Positions 47,773 through 57,507 of a stretch of DNA of 64,000 bases are shown piece after piece (within the stretch, counting starts at the first letter, position 1; each line of letters starts with the position of its first letter). The DNA lies in the NCBI GenBank assembly GCA_947175515.1, contig CAMWNA010000001.1:637-64636 (forward strand), in the 5' to 3' direction. Source of the DNA: an uncultured Clostridia bacterium (GTDB taxonomy: Bacteria > Bacillota > Clostridia > Christensenellales > Borkfalkiaceae). A model generated the notes under the pieces. That model searched no databases, was not told the origin of the DNA, and was given only the letters and a program-made list of their open reading frames with translations. A program made the position numbers and the translations under genes.

Positions 47773-49464
47773 TTATTTAACAATCTCCCAGCAATAGCTA
47801 TCAAAACTAAAAATAGAGCGATTAAAACTAGCCTTTAATTCCTCAATATCCCTGCACAATTTTCCATAGACCCGACCCGTTTTATCAAAACTCATTTGTG
47901 GGTCTTCTTGAATTAAAACATACCAACCGCTATAAATATTGTGCGCTATTATTTCACTGCTGTCTCTTTCGTTCCATAATTGGAATAATGTTTTGCCCTG
48001 AAGTTGTACTTCTTTATCAAACTTTTTTGTAACGATTTCACCGTTTTTATTGTAAGTAATACCGACTATCCAGTCATCTTCTTTTTCAACATCTTCTACA
48101 GCTAAGAGATCTTGATATGATTGTACCCCAGATTTCCCAAAGCAACACCCACAATTGCATGTTTCCCCATTGACAACTATTTCACTATCAATACGATAGT
48201 TGCAATACCAGCATTCTATATCTTCAACACTATCTGAAGTAAGGGGACACGCAAAATAAGAATGGAGAACTCCTTGTCCCGAACCTCCTATGGGTTCGCA
48301 AATCTTCAACAATTTTTCTTTTGCCTTTAAGATTTCTTCGTGATGTATCCATTTCTTCTTTGAAATATCTGTTTGCAACAGATATTTCATTTCCGCATCT
48401 GTAACGCCATTTTTAGCCCACGACAAATCAATTTCAACTATATTAAATCTTTCGTCTTTTAGCCTTGATATTTCTTTTTCATCTGCACTTGATTTCATCC
48501 GAATCAATAGTGCAACAGGGTTGTCTTTACAATGTAAAATTATAGACTTTGGCGTACGAGCTTTTCCTTCATAGTAATATTCACTTTCTTGAAACTCTTC
48601 TGTCCAAGACTCTTTTATTACCATTCCCTTGCCCGCTGTTTTTAATATAATGTCTGGCAATTTCAATTTTTTCTCTGATTCAAATTGCGATTTTAGAAGT
48701 CCAAACAACTCTCCGCTAGTTCTGTACATTACAACTGCATTGTTAGACTCTGATTCATTCGTCCTCGGGAAATTAAACGGATTATTTGTTGACGTACGAA
48801 CGGGTTTTAATTCTTGTGCAACTTGTTTTGTCGTCGCTATTTCTTTCAAGGCAGTATTTAATGTTTCATTTGGTATCTCTATAGATGTTCTTACAGATTC
48901 TACAGGGTTTTTAGGCAATCCTCTTCTATATATCCATTCACCTAATGAGCCTCCTGATGACACTTTATCACTTTTCGCCCAGCTAAGCATTCGTTCCAAG
49001 CTTGTTGCAGCTTCCTCTTTACTTACTGCACGCATCCATTCAAAATCTCGATCAACATAGCTTTGTCGCAATTTTGATGGGTCTTTCAAAAACTCCTCAA
49101 TACTACCACATGCCAATATGATTTTTTTCGCAGTAATAGGATTTAGCAAGATATTTTCAAGCTTTGTAACCCATCTCAAATTTTCAGGGCGATTATTTCT
49201 GCGGTTTGTATCTATATGATCGACAACGTATTGCGATGATGGCGCTGCTCCATGAAATGCTGTCGCAACAATTCTATGTACCAGTTCCCCCGCAATTTCG
49301 GCATATCCGGTATTGGCATTGTATTTTCCAAAAGTCCAAACATTATCTGTCGGACGGGGCCTATTACCGATACGAGGATGACGCATAACCGTCCCGTTAT
49401 CTCGCACTGAATAAGTTTCACCTTTATAAGTACACTCTATTTCCTTTTCAAAATCATACAACAT
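47773..49464 (-). CDS. Multidomain protein: N-terminal phage-type HNH (HNH_3-like) nuclease, unknown central region, C-terminal Cys cluster
   Basis: HRIVATAFHG...VVDHIDTNRRNNRPENLRWVTKLEN is the HNH_3 pattern. The Cys cluster is CPLTSDSVEDIECWYCNYRIDSEIVVNGETCNCGCCFG. 563 aa. Confidence 0.65.
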   Translation of the reverse strand: MLYDFEKEIECTYKGETYSVRDNGTVMRHPRIGNRPRPTDNVWTFGKYNANTGYAEIAGELVHRIVATAFHGAAPSSQYVVDHIDTNRRNNRPENLRWVTKLENILLNPITAKKIILACGSIEEFLKDPSKLRQSYVDRDFEWMRAVSKEEAATSLERMLSWAKSDKVSSGGSLGEWIYRRGLPKNPVESVRTSIEIPNETLNTALKEIATTKQVAQELKPVRTSTNNPFNFPRTNESESNNAVVMYRTSGELFGLLKSQFESEKKLKLPDIILKTAGKGMVIKESWTEEFQESEYYYEGKARTPKSIILHCKDNPVALLIRMKSSADEKEISRLKDERFNIVEIDLSWAKNGVTDAEMKYLLQTDISKKKWIHHEEILKAKEKLLKICEPIGGSGQGVLHSYFACPLTSDSVEDIECWYCNYRIDSEIVVNGETCNCGCCFGKSGVQSYQDLLAVEDVEKEDDWIVGITYNKNGEIVTKKFDKEVQLQGKTLFQLWNERDSSEIIAHNIYSGWYVLIQEDPQMSFDKTGRVYGKLCRDIEELKASFNRSIFSFDSYCWEIVK

Positions 49465-49615
49465 CTATACATACTGCCTTATGTAAATTATATTCCAGTT
49501 GTTATATCACTGCTAAATTATTGTAATAAAATTTTGTATTATAAAAGCTACACCATTTATTTTATAAGAAGAAACTTCCTGTTTTATTGCTGTGTTATAA
49601 ACATAAAACTGAGCC

Positions 49616-50653
49616 TTATATATACAATTCTTTGGATAATTGTAGATCACACTGCCATTTAAATTGTTTGGCTACTTTTCGCTTGCGTATATAATCTTCC
49701 TTATCATAATAATAACATACAAAATGGGCATCATTATTAATCGCCTCGAATACAACATTATCAACCTCAGATAACGAGTGTCCTAAAATAACAACCTCAT
49801 CGTAGTGCTCATTTTTTAATTTTTCGATTATTTCTTGTCGAAAAGGCAAACAATTTTTACTCTTAATTCTAAGTAATTCTTTCAACTTGTCTGCACTATC
49901 TTTTACACTTGTCATTATTTCATTAAAAAAACGTACATACGATCCTTTCGGATGTAACTTATGGTTTTCATCTTCTTCATAATACGCCATCATTTCTTGT
50001 AATCCGAATTTACTTTTTTCAAAGCTGCCCATGGAAGGAAATTCACCATCAACAAAAACTTCATTCATCCTATCAATAGTATCACATCCAAGAAAAATTT
50101 TCTTATTTATATTTCCATGTATATGTATTACATCGTCTATACCATATAACTGTTCTACCGTGTTAGTATAATTGAACGATAAAATTTCATTAGCAGACTC
50201 TAATATTACTTTAATTTTTTCTTTTGGGAAAAAATTATTTCTAATATTATAATCATTGTATAATGCCCTTAAATATCCAGCAAACTCTCTTTCAAAATCG
50301 CAAAGCAATTTAACCCATATATCTATTTCGTCAATAAGCGAATTAAACATCTCATTATCATAACCATGATAATTTACATCCCCATATTTATTCAAACCAT
50401 AAGCATCAATAATACTACTCATCTCATCGTCAACTAGAAAAGGAATATCCAACTTACTTATAAATGTGTTTAATTTGCTTTTATAGTTGGTCTCAATTTC
50501 AGACCAACTATTCTTTCCATTCTTTAAATCAGCATATTTCCTATTTAAAACTTGAGAATTCGTTTCTATAAAATCTTCAAAATTTGTTTTTAATCCATGA
50601 CCCAAATCAAAGCCATTTCCAATTACAAATATTCTTTTCCCCAATTTATTCAC
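49616..50653 (-). CDS. abiH: AbiH-family abortive-infection protein
   Basis: The N-terminus IFVIGNGFDLGHGLKTNFEDFI matches the AbiH signature (GNGFDLxHGLxT.Y.DF); 345 aa; monocistronic spacing. Confidence 0.75.
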   Translation of the reverse strand: MNKLGKRIFVIGNGFDLGHGLKTNFEDFIETNSQVLNRKYADLKNGKNSWSEIETNYKSKLNTFISKLDIPFLVDDEMSSIIDAYGLNKYGDVNYHGYDNEMFNSLIDEIDIWVKLLCDFEREFAGYLRALYNDYNIRNNFFPKEKIKVILESANEILSFNYTNTVEQLYGIDDVIHIHGNINKKIFLGCDTIDRMNEVFVDGEFPSMGSFEKSKFGLQEMMAYYEEDENHKLHPKGSYVRFFNEIMTSVKDSADKLKELLRIKSKNCLPFRQEIIEKLKNEHYDEVVILGHSLSEVDNVVFEAINNDAHFVCYYYDKEDYIRKRKVAKQFKWQCDLQLSKELYI

Positions 50654-50911
50654 CTAAATATGAGATTGTTATTAAGCAACTTTTAATAGAGCTAAATATT
50701 TGATAAACTTCTTTATCGTGGGGTATAAAGTCGTATTGATTAAACTTCACGTTTTTGCACAAGAAACATTCTGTAGTTAATGATTTTGGGGTTTAAAAGT
50801 TGCACAACATCGCCCACCCATTTTATTATTGGTATAAATTAAGTACATTTTAGGTTGCAATGTCCATAGTACGAAATATCCACGTAAGGGAACGCTATTA
50901 CCAATAAACAA

Positions 50912-52654
50912 TTAATCTGCTGTCCATCGTGTTTCAAAATCTTCATTTTTTATTTTCAGTGCTTTGCTATATTTCTCATAAATATTTTTAAAGTTTAGCT
51001 TATAAGTTACCAATTGCATTCTAATAGCACTTTTAATATCAGATAAACAGCCTTTGTTTTTTACCCAGTTTTGAGGACTGAATATCTTTTTATTATCAAT
51101 AGCTTCTGATGAAGCATTTTCGAAGGCCATATTTAGGCATCCTCCAGCCATTTGCACAATTTCGCTCATCAACGAATACTCATTTAATTTTTTTAACACC
51201 GTATCGGGGTTTGGAACACTATCTGGCATCTTATTAATTTCGCAAAAAATAACAGAGATTGCGTACAGGTGATGATAAGGCGCATATGCTTTCATGGCAA
51301 GAAGCGATTCATTTAAACCAAGAGGATTATCTGGCGTCCATAATTCTGACACTGCTTCAAACAAATCTCTTAATGCCTGCATATTTTCAGGTAAATAATC
51401 TTTTTTAAAGAGTTGGCTAAAACATTTATCAAATATCTTTGTTTCACTATACGCTATTGTGGGACGCTGTGAATGCCAAGCTATTAATTGCTTACCTATA
51501 TCTGTCAAATTAATTACATGCTTAGGATTATATTTTATACAATCAACAACTTCCCCTCTTTTAGTTATAAAATATCCATCAGGAAAACGTTGTTCATAGG
51601 CTTTCTTCATTGCTAAAACATTTTTATCATTACTTCTGAGATCTCTTGCCTTAACTGCACTTTGCGAATTAGTTGATGTGCTAATTTTATCTGCCTTATC
51701 TGAATCGGTTATTTCATAAAAACGGAACATGATATAACCTTCATTCGAAGTTTTCACTGTTTCACTACAATTATAAATTGTGGTTAAAGATTGGCAACCA
51801 TTAACTATGTTTAATTCTTTAACGCTTAAAATATTTTCTTTTATGTCGATTTCGGAACATATTGCAGTTACACCATTATGCAAAAAGAAAAAGTTCTGTA
51901 TATCATTTTTAAGTGTATGTGCTATCCCTTTATTAACTTTATTACCACTACCTAATGACTGACGCACATTCTTACGGAAAAGCGTTTGATCTTTAATTCC
52001 TGGTATTTTTATACATTCTCTAAGCGGAATTGCAGCTATAACTGCTTTTGTCCCACTTAAATCTAATTCTATAAATTTACCGCTCTGTAAATTGAATTTA
52101 TGTGATATGTAAGGCTTAAATTTATTTAATGTTTCTAAGTATTTATTTTGTAATGTCGTGTTATCAATAAGCATTAAATTAGCTGTAAGCAAGTCGTCTT
52201 CCGCTAACTGTTTTTGGAACACTGCTAAATCTTTTTGAGCCGCTTCTGTTAAGGTAGACGTAGTCACTAATTCAAAGCATATGTCATAATCATCGTCAAT
52301 TGCATTTGATAACTCATTAATTTTTACTTTAAGCTTATCGTTTGCCGCTTCTTGCAATTTAGGCAAATCCTTTATAAGTATCCACGACGCTAAGACTTCT
52401 CTAAGCGGCTCTGAATCAACAACCTCTTTTGAATAAAATTTACCTTGAATTATATAAATCGTCGATGCTTGATTATCAATATAAACCGCATCAATTTGTT
52501 TATCGTTTGCTCCATCTGTAATACAATCTTTTGCTTGAATAGTATCTAAATTATGAATATTTCTTAAATACCATGCAATAAATCTTTGTCCGTCGTTTTG
52601 GTAATATTGTTGATAATATTCCTGTGAAATTTCTTCTTTGATTTTACTGTACAT
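50912..52654 (-). CDS. AIPR-family abortive-infection protein (N-terminal PD-(D/E)xK-like nuclease module)
   Basis: CITDGANDKQIDAVYIDNQASTIYIIQGKF is the typical AIPR N-terminal motif (DG.nD.GIDa..id....l.l.Q.K). 580 aa. Confidence 0.75.
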   Translation of the reverse strand: MYSKIKEEISQEYYQQYYQNDGQRFIAWYLRNIHNLDTIQAKDCITDGANDKQIDAVYIDNQASTIYIIQGKFYSKEVVDSEPLREVLASWILIKDLPKLQEAANDKLKVKINELSNAIDDDYDICFELVTTSTLTEAAQKDLAVFQKQLAEDDLLTANLMLIDNTTLQNKYLETLNKFKPYISHKFNLQSGKFIELDLSGTKAVIAAIPLRECIKIPGIKDQTLFRKNVRQSLGSGNKVNKGIAHTLKNDIQNFFFLHNGVTAICSEIDIKENILSVKELNIVNGCQSLTTIYNCSETVKTSNEGYIMFRFYEITDSDKADKISTSTNSQSAVKARDLRSNDKNVLAMKKAYEQRFPDGYFITKRGEVVDCIKYNPKHVINLTDIGKQLIAWHSQRPTIAYSETKIFDKCFSQLFKKDYLPENMQALRDLFEAVSELWTPDNPLGLNESLLAMKAYAPYHHLYAISVIFCEINKMPDSVPNPDTVLKKLNEYSLMSEIVQMAGGCLNMAFENASSEAIDNKKIFSPQNWVKNKGCLSDIKSAIRMQLVTYKLNFKNIYEKYSKALKIKNEDFETRWTAD

Positions 52655-52735
52655 AACAATTAATCCCCTTTGTATAATTAATGAAATTGTTTTGAAATTT
52701 TTTATGTTTTAAAAATTAGTAAATAAACTTTGTTA

Positions 52736-53365
52736 CTAAATTGATTCCTTGTCATTGATTAGGTCAATCACATGTTGTTCTAAAACAAAACAGAACTCAT
52801 CAAAAAATCCATTTTGCTTTTCCCTTAAACATGTTAATTCTTGACCCAAATCTTCTGGAAATTTAAGTTCATAATTTTCAATTGCATTTTTTCTTTGACT
52901 ATTCAAAAAATTAGTATTTAGCCCTAATATTCTTATGAGTTCTCTTCCAATTTCACCTTTACCCATAACTGTACCATCTTCAAAATAGGATAAAAGCCCT
53001 TCCACATTTTCTAGCGGAGAAATAGGAATATCTTTGTTCCCTTTCTTTGCATCACAATGAAGTTTATGCCTTGGTTTTACTCCATTTTCGCGATCTTTAT
53101 CACCGCCATCGCACGAAACTAACATGTTAGAGAAATCAAGCGCCAAATCATCGTGTTCCTCTTGACACTTTATATGCTCTATCTTTGTACGCTCATCATT
53201 TTTTATACGACAGCCACAATAACAACATATGTATCCCTGATCTTCTAACAGCCGCTTGCGTAAAGCCTTTTTGGGTTCTCCAGATAGCACATCAAATGAT
53301 ACACCAGGAGTTTTGCAAAATTCCGTAAATTCCACTGGAGGTGCCGTTTTAGTAATCTGCCTCAT
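52736..53365 (-). CDS. ptuB: Septu PtuB-like HNH endonuclease (TIGR02646-type)
   Basis: ICCYCGCRI...KIEHIKCQ...LHCDAKKGN is the HNH pattern of ATPase-associated TIGR02646 proteins. The start lies 1 nt after the ptuA stop. Confidence 0.75.
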   Translation of the reverse strand: MRQITKTAPPVEFTEFCKTPGVSFDVLSGEPKKALRKRLLEDQGYICCYCGCRIKNDERTKIEHIKCQEEHDDLALDFSNMLVSCDGGDKDRENGVKPRHKLHCDAKKGNKDIPISPLENVEGLLSYFEDGTVMGKGEIGRELIRILGLNTNFLNSQRKNAIENYELKFPEDLGQELTCLREKQNGFFDEFCFVLEQHVIDLINDKESI

Positions 53366-53366
53366 T

Positions 53367-54701
53367 CTATAATCTCCTCATAACTAGCCTCAGCTTAATA
53401 AACAAGGGATCATCCTCATCAAGTATTTGTTTCAGCTTTGAAATTATTTTTTCTGCCTTTTCTTTATTCCCATCGGCAATACATTGCTTAAATTCATCAT
53501 ACAACAAATGTACTTCTGGAGAACGCATATTAATATCCATATTTTCTTGCATTATTTCATCTAATGAACGATTATATGTTTCACTATTAATAAAACTGAC
53601 TTCTCCATCTTTCACTTTGAATACATTTTCACTTCTCAATCCTGAAATTGTAGAAGGGGAATGTGTTGTGAGAAAAATTTGTCCATTTGTTGAAAGTTTT
53701 TCAAATGTACTAGAAAATTTTCTTTGCCATTCTAAATGTAAATATGCGTCACATTCATCTAATAAATAGAGACAATTATCATTTTCGGTTATTTTTGATA
53801 ATAAAGAAATAAGCAAAACTTGTTTTTCGCCTTCACTTAAATTACCAAGTAAAATAGTTTCATGAAAATTATTATGAAAGTTAATAATAACGCGATCTAA
53901 ATACCCAGAATTTTTCAAAGCTTTCATTTTTGCAAAAAATTCGGAAGGAGTTTCTGCCAGATTTTTAATTTTGTCTGTATCCACAAAAGACATTGTGTAA
54001 TTCTCTCTGCCTTCTTCAGTTCTTTGCACATATTTTCTAAATTCATTAAAAAACGCTTGCACAAAACCAACTGCACCGTAATATTCTCCACCCGAATACG
54101 ATTTGTTTTTTGTCGGATTTTTAAGTATTAAATTAAATGGACAATAAATACTTTTAGAACCTAGATATTCTTTTATGTGATTTAATAATTCCCCCTGATA
54201 AACCGCCACAGTTAAAAGTAAAATATCCAAATCATATGTTGAAAAATACTCGATAAACTTATATCCTTCAAAATGATTCTTCTTTAATCTTTCATTATAC
54301 TTGTTATCAATAATTTTCTCTTCGACTTCTGCCAATCTTTTAGTTTCACCAGCATAATAAAGAAAAATAGATTTAGGCAAAACATCTTCAATATCCTCTT
54401 TTTTTACTTTTTCTGCAGCGTCGTTAAAAATTGAAACTCCCCCACTAATGTATTTTAAGGCATAATTATTTCCATCAATATTGTAATCTATTTCGCACTC
54501 ATCAACATTCGGCGGAGGAAAGACTTTCCCTTTCTGCAGAGAATTCTTCGTATAAGCAAAAACCTGCGCTATAAGTTCCAAAATATTAGACTTACCAGAA
54601 CCATTGTTACCAATAAAAGCAACAATATTGGAATCAGGCAAATTTATTGTAATATCTTTTAAGTTTTTATAATTTTTAATTATTATTTTTTTTAACTTCA
54701 T
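53367..54701 (-). CDS. ptuA: Septu PtuA-like ABC/OLD-type ATPase
   Basis: KNYKNLKDITINL...FIGNNGSGKSNILELI (Walker A), LSEGEKQ (signature), LYLLDECDAYLH (Walker B), TTHSP. 444 aa. Confidence 0.75.
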   Translation of the reverse strand: MKLKKIIIKNYKNLKDITINLPDSNIVAFIGNNGSGKSNILELIAQVFAYTKNSLQKGKVFPPPNVDECEIDYNIDGNNYALKYISGGVSIFNDAAEKVKKEDIEDVLPKSIFLYYAGETKRLAEVEEKIIDNKYNERLKKNHFEGYKFIEYFSTYDLDILLLTVAVYQGELLNHIKEYLGSKSIYCPFNLILKNPTKNKSYSGGEYYGAVGFVQAFFNEFRKYVQRTEEGRENYTMSFVDTDKIKNLAETPSEFFAKMKALKNSGYLDRVIINFHNNFHETILLGNLSEGEKQVLLISLLSKITENDNCLYLLDECDAYLHLEWQRKFSSTFEKLSTNGQIFLTTHSPSTISGLRSENVFKVKDGEVSFINSETYNRSLDEIMQENMDINMRSPEVHLLYDEFKQCIADGNKEKAEKIISKLKQILDEDDPLFIKLRLVMRRL

Positions 54702-54712
54702 CAGTTTCCCTT

Positions 54713-56098
54713 TTAGAGTTTTAATCCTTTTTTATTCTCTAATATTCTTTTTAAAAGGTCGATAGCTGGTTCATCGGCGGTGTTGGAAGTGCCGAGTTCG
54801 CCGCGGAATGCACACGCAAGAATCGATTTTTTCATTTCGTCGATTTTGTCAAGCATATCGATAAGTTCTTTCGACTTATCTTCCTTTTCAAAAATGGAAT
54901 CCAAAATCCGTACAATTTCTTCTTGCTCTTGTCTTGAGGGTATAATGAAGTCTAAATTTCTGCTTTGCGTAACGGAAATATTTGCTTGTCCTACAACACC
55001 TTTTGTCTTACTAATAACATCATCTAAAGTATTGGGCCACAATAACAAATAGTATAAAAATTTAGGGATAATATATTCTTTGGCTCTGAATCTAACAATT
55101 GCTTGATTCATGTTCCATTTTTGATAAGTTCCTGGAATTATCGCAATCTTTCTTAAAGGTGGACCAACAATATTCATAACTATATCATTGGGTTTAAGTT
55201 CAGAGCTTTTTAATTTTTTGTTTGCTTCTAGATTTATAAATTGTGGCCTATATTCAAAATCGATTTTATTGTCCACAATATTGTATACTTTTAGAAATGG
55301 AATCTCTCCATGTTCTAATATGTCTTGAGTGGGAGTATGTCCACAGCTTATTTTTTCACAACACGCATCCTGTGCATTTATCTTTAGCCACCCAAAAGAA
55401 AGTTCCTGAAATCTGGAAAGATTTAAACGCTTTGAAATTTCTACAGCATTATCCAGCCTATGTTCTTCTCTCCACTTTTTTGTTAATTCGCCAGTAAATG
55501 CTTTGTGGAGAATGGCTGATTTGCGGTCAACAAAAGAATCCAAAGATTTTTGGATTAAATCACGAGCTTCGTCTAATTTTGCAAACTGTTTTTCAATTAT
55601 TCCAACAATACGTTGTTGTTCTTCTAATGGAGCTAGCGGAAATGATAAATTGAAAAACAATTCTTTGTTAAGGTGAGGAATAGCTGAACCTATTTTGTTG
55701 TTTCTTAATTCATCTTGATGCGATGAAATAAAATACCGGACATAAATTTCATTTAATGTTTTATCGATATCCAGTATTCTGAAAGTGCTTCCCATATATC
55801 CATGTTTAGGTATATCGAAAACTTCCCCTGAATTTTCCCCATCAACTAAAATAACCCTCTGCCCTTCATTGACTATAACGCCATTATTTTTAGTCAGTTC
55901 ATAATTTTGGGTACGTAGTGTTTTTACATCCAGATAAAACAATTCCTCTTTGTCGATTTTTTCTCCGTTATCTAATTTGCAAACAGTCCCTAATCTTGTC
56001 CAGCACCAGTTTGACGGCAAGCTATATGGCGTTTTTTCGTAGAGAACAAGTGCTTCCTCTAACCGCTGTTCTATGGACTTTTCTTGCTTTTTTGCCAT
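54713..56098 (-). CDS. hsdS: Type I restriction-modification specificity subunit
   Basis: Two target-recognition halves, each ending in a conserved helix (PLAPLEEQQRIVGIIEKQF and IPSRQEQEEIVRILDSIF). 1-nt overlap with hsdM. Confidence 0.9.
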   Translation of the reverse strand: MAKKQEKSIEQRLEEALVLYEKTPYSLPSNWCWTRLGTVCKLDNGEKIDKEELFYLDVKTLRTQNYELTKNNGVIVNEGQRVILVDGENSGEVFDIPKHGYMGSTFRILDIDKTLNEIYVRYFISSHQDELRNNKIGSAIPHLNKELFFNLSFPLAPLEEQQRIVGIIEKQFAKLDEARDLIQKSLDSFVDRKSAILHKAFTGELTKKWREEHRLDNAVEISKRLNLSRFQELSFGWLKINAQDACCEKISCGHTPTQDILEHGEIPFLKVYNIVDNKIDFEYRPQFINLEANKKLKSSELKPNDIVMNIVGPPLRKIAIIPGTYQKWNMNQAIVRFRAKEYIIPKFLYYLLLWPNTLDDVISKTKGVVGQANISVTQSRNLDFIIPSRQEQEEIVRILDSIFEKEDKSKELIDMLDKIDEMKKSILACAFRGELGTSNTADEPAIDLLKRILENKKGLKL

Positions 56099-57507
56099 TA
56101 CTTATTCTCCAACGCTTTAAGCTCTTTAATTACACTATTAATTAAATCAATAGCCTCTTCCAAGTTAGAAACAACCTCTTCGCCACTTTCTACAGGATCG
56201 GCTAAATCTTCGTAATCTTTAACGCTTTCATCCCGAATCAAGCCTAAATCCAAGCTATCGTTATATTCATTTTCTATTTGTTCGCGCGTAAAAGAAGACC
56301 AGCGCTCGCCCTTTCTTTGCGTTTTGTCGTTATACCCCAAAACAAACTCATCAAAATCACTATGACGGAGCGTTCTAGTTTTGCCAAAGCTGTCCATATT
56401 AGTACGCATATCGTAGAAAGTAACTTCTTTAGTATTATCTTTTTCGGTAACGCCACGAGTAAAGAACAGCACATTTGTTTTTACGCCTTGCGCATAGAAA
56501 ATACCTGTAGGAAGGCGCAAAACAGTATGCAGGTTACAAAAATCCATAAGTTGTCTTCTTACGCTTATTCCATCGCCACTAGCAAAGAGTACATTATCCG
56601 GTAACACGACCGCGCAACGTGCCTTTCCGTCTGCCTTTAAACTACGATATATAACCTGCAAGAAGTTGAGTTGTTTATTCGATGTTTGGAAATCGATATC
56701 GTCACGTGTAGGACGCTCTCCTCCTTTCTTGTTTCCAAATGGCGGGTTTGTCAGAATAACGTCAAACCCATTTAATCCCTTTGCGCTTTGTGAAAGCGAA
56801 TCGCCAAGAACAATGTTCGCGTTTACATTATGAAGGTACGCATTCATAAGTGCAAGACGATGTGTTTCGTGGACAAGCTCTACTCCGTTAAACGCTTTAT
56901 TCCTTTGAAAATCTGCTTGTCTATCTGTCAACTTATAAAAATCAATGTTTTGATTTACGAAAGTATTTGCGGCAATCATGAAACCAAACGTGCCACAAGC
57001 AGGGTCAAAACATCTTTCTCCAAGTTGCGGAGCGACAAGTTTTGTCATTATGTCAATCAAAACTCTGGGAGTAAAATACTGACCTGCGCCCGATTTTTTC
57101 TCGTTTGCATTCTTTTCGAGCAAACCCTCATATAAATCACCAAGCCCCTCTTCTTTTGCTTCGTACCAGTCAAGCCTGTCAATTTCTTTTATAATTTTTT
57201 CAAGATTTTTGGGCTCTTCTATGCTTGAAGACGCATTAGCATAAATTTGAGCAACTTTACCAACAGATTTTTCACCCAGTTCGGTAAGCAAGGTATAATA
57301 ATACTTTTTGAGCTCTAATCCTGACTTATTAGTAAGAGAATCCCAACGATATTCCTGCGGAATTTCGCTTTCAGCGCCTGTTTCTTTTGCCATTTTCAAG
57401 AAAAGAATATAAGTAAGTTCGGTAACGTATTGGTGATAGGTAATTCCGTCATCCCTTAATACGTTACATAAATTCCAAAGTTTTTGTACTATGTCTTGCG
57501 TACTCAT
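56098..57507 (-). CDS. hsdM: Type I R-M N6-adenine DNA methyltransferase subunit
   Basis: HsdM N-terminal domain (LWNLCNVLRDDG), motif I FDPACGTFGF, motif IV LTNPPFG. 469 aa. Confidence 0.95.
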   Translation of the reverse strand: MSTQDIVQKLWNLCNVLRDDGITYHQYVTELTYILFLKMAKETGAESEIPQEYRWDSLTNKSGLELKKYYYTLLTELGEKSVGKVAQIYANASSSIEEPKNLEKIIKEIDRLDWYEAKEEGLGDLYEGLLEKNANEKKSGAGQYFTPRVLIDIMTKLVAPQLGERCFDPACGTFGFMIAANTFVNQNIDFYKLTDRQADFQRNKAFNGVELVHETHRLALMNAYLHNVNANIVLGDSLSQSAKGLNGFDVILTNPPFGNKKGGERPTRDDIDFQTSNKQLNFLQVIYRSLKADGKARCAVVLPDNVLFASGDGISVRRQLMDFCNLHTVLRLPTGIFYAQGVKTNVLFFTRGVTEKDNTKEVTFYDMRTNMDSFGKTRTLRHSDFDEFVLGYNDKTQRKGERWSSFTREQIENEYNDSLDLGLIRDESVKDYEDLADPVESGEEVVSNLEEAIDLINSVIKELKALENK

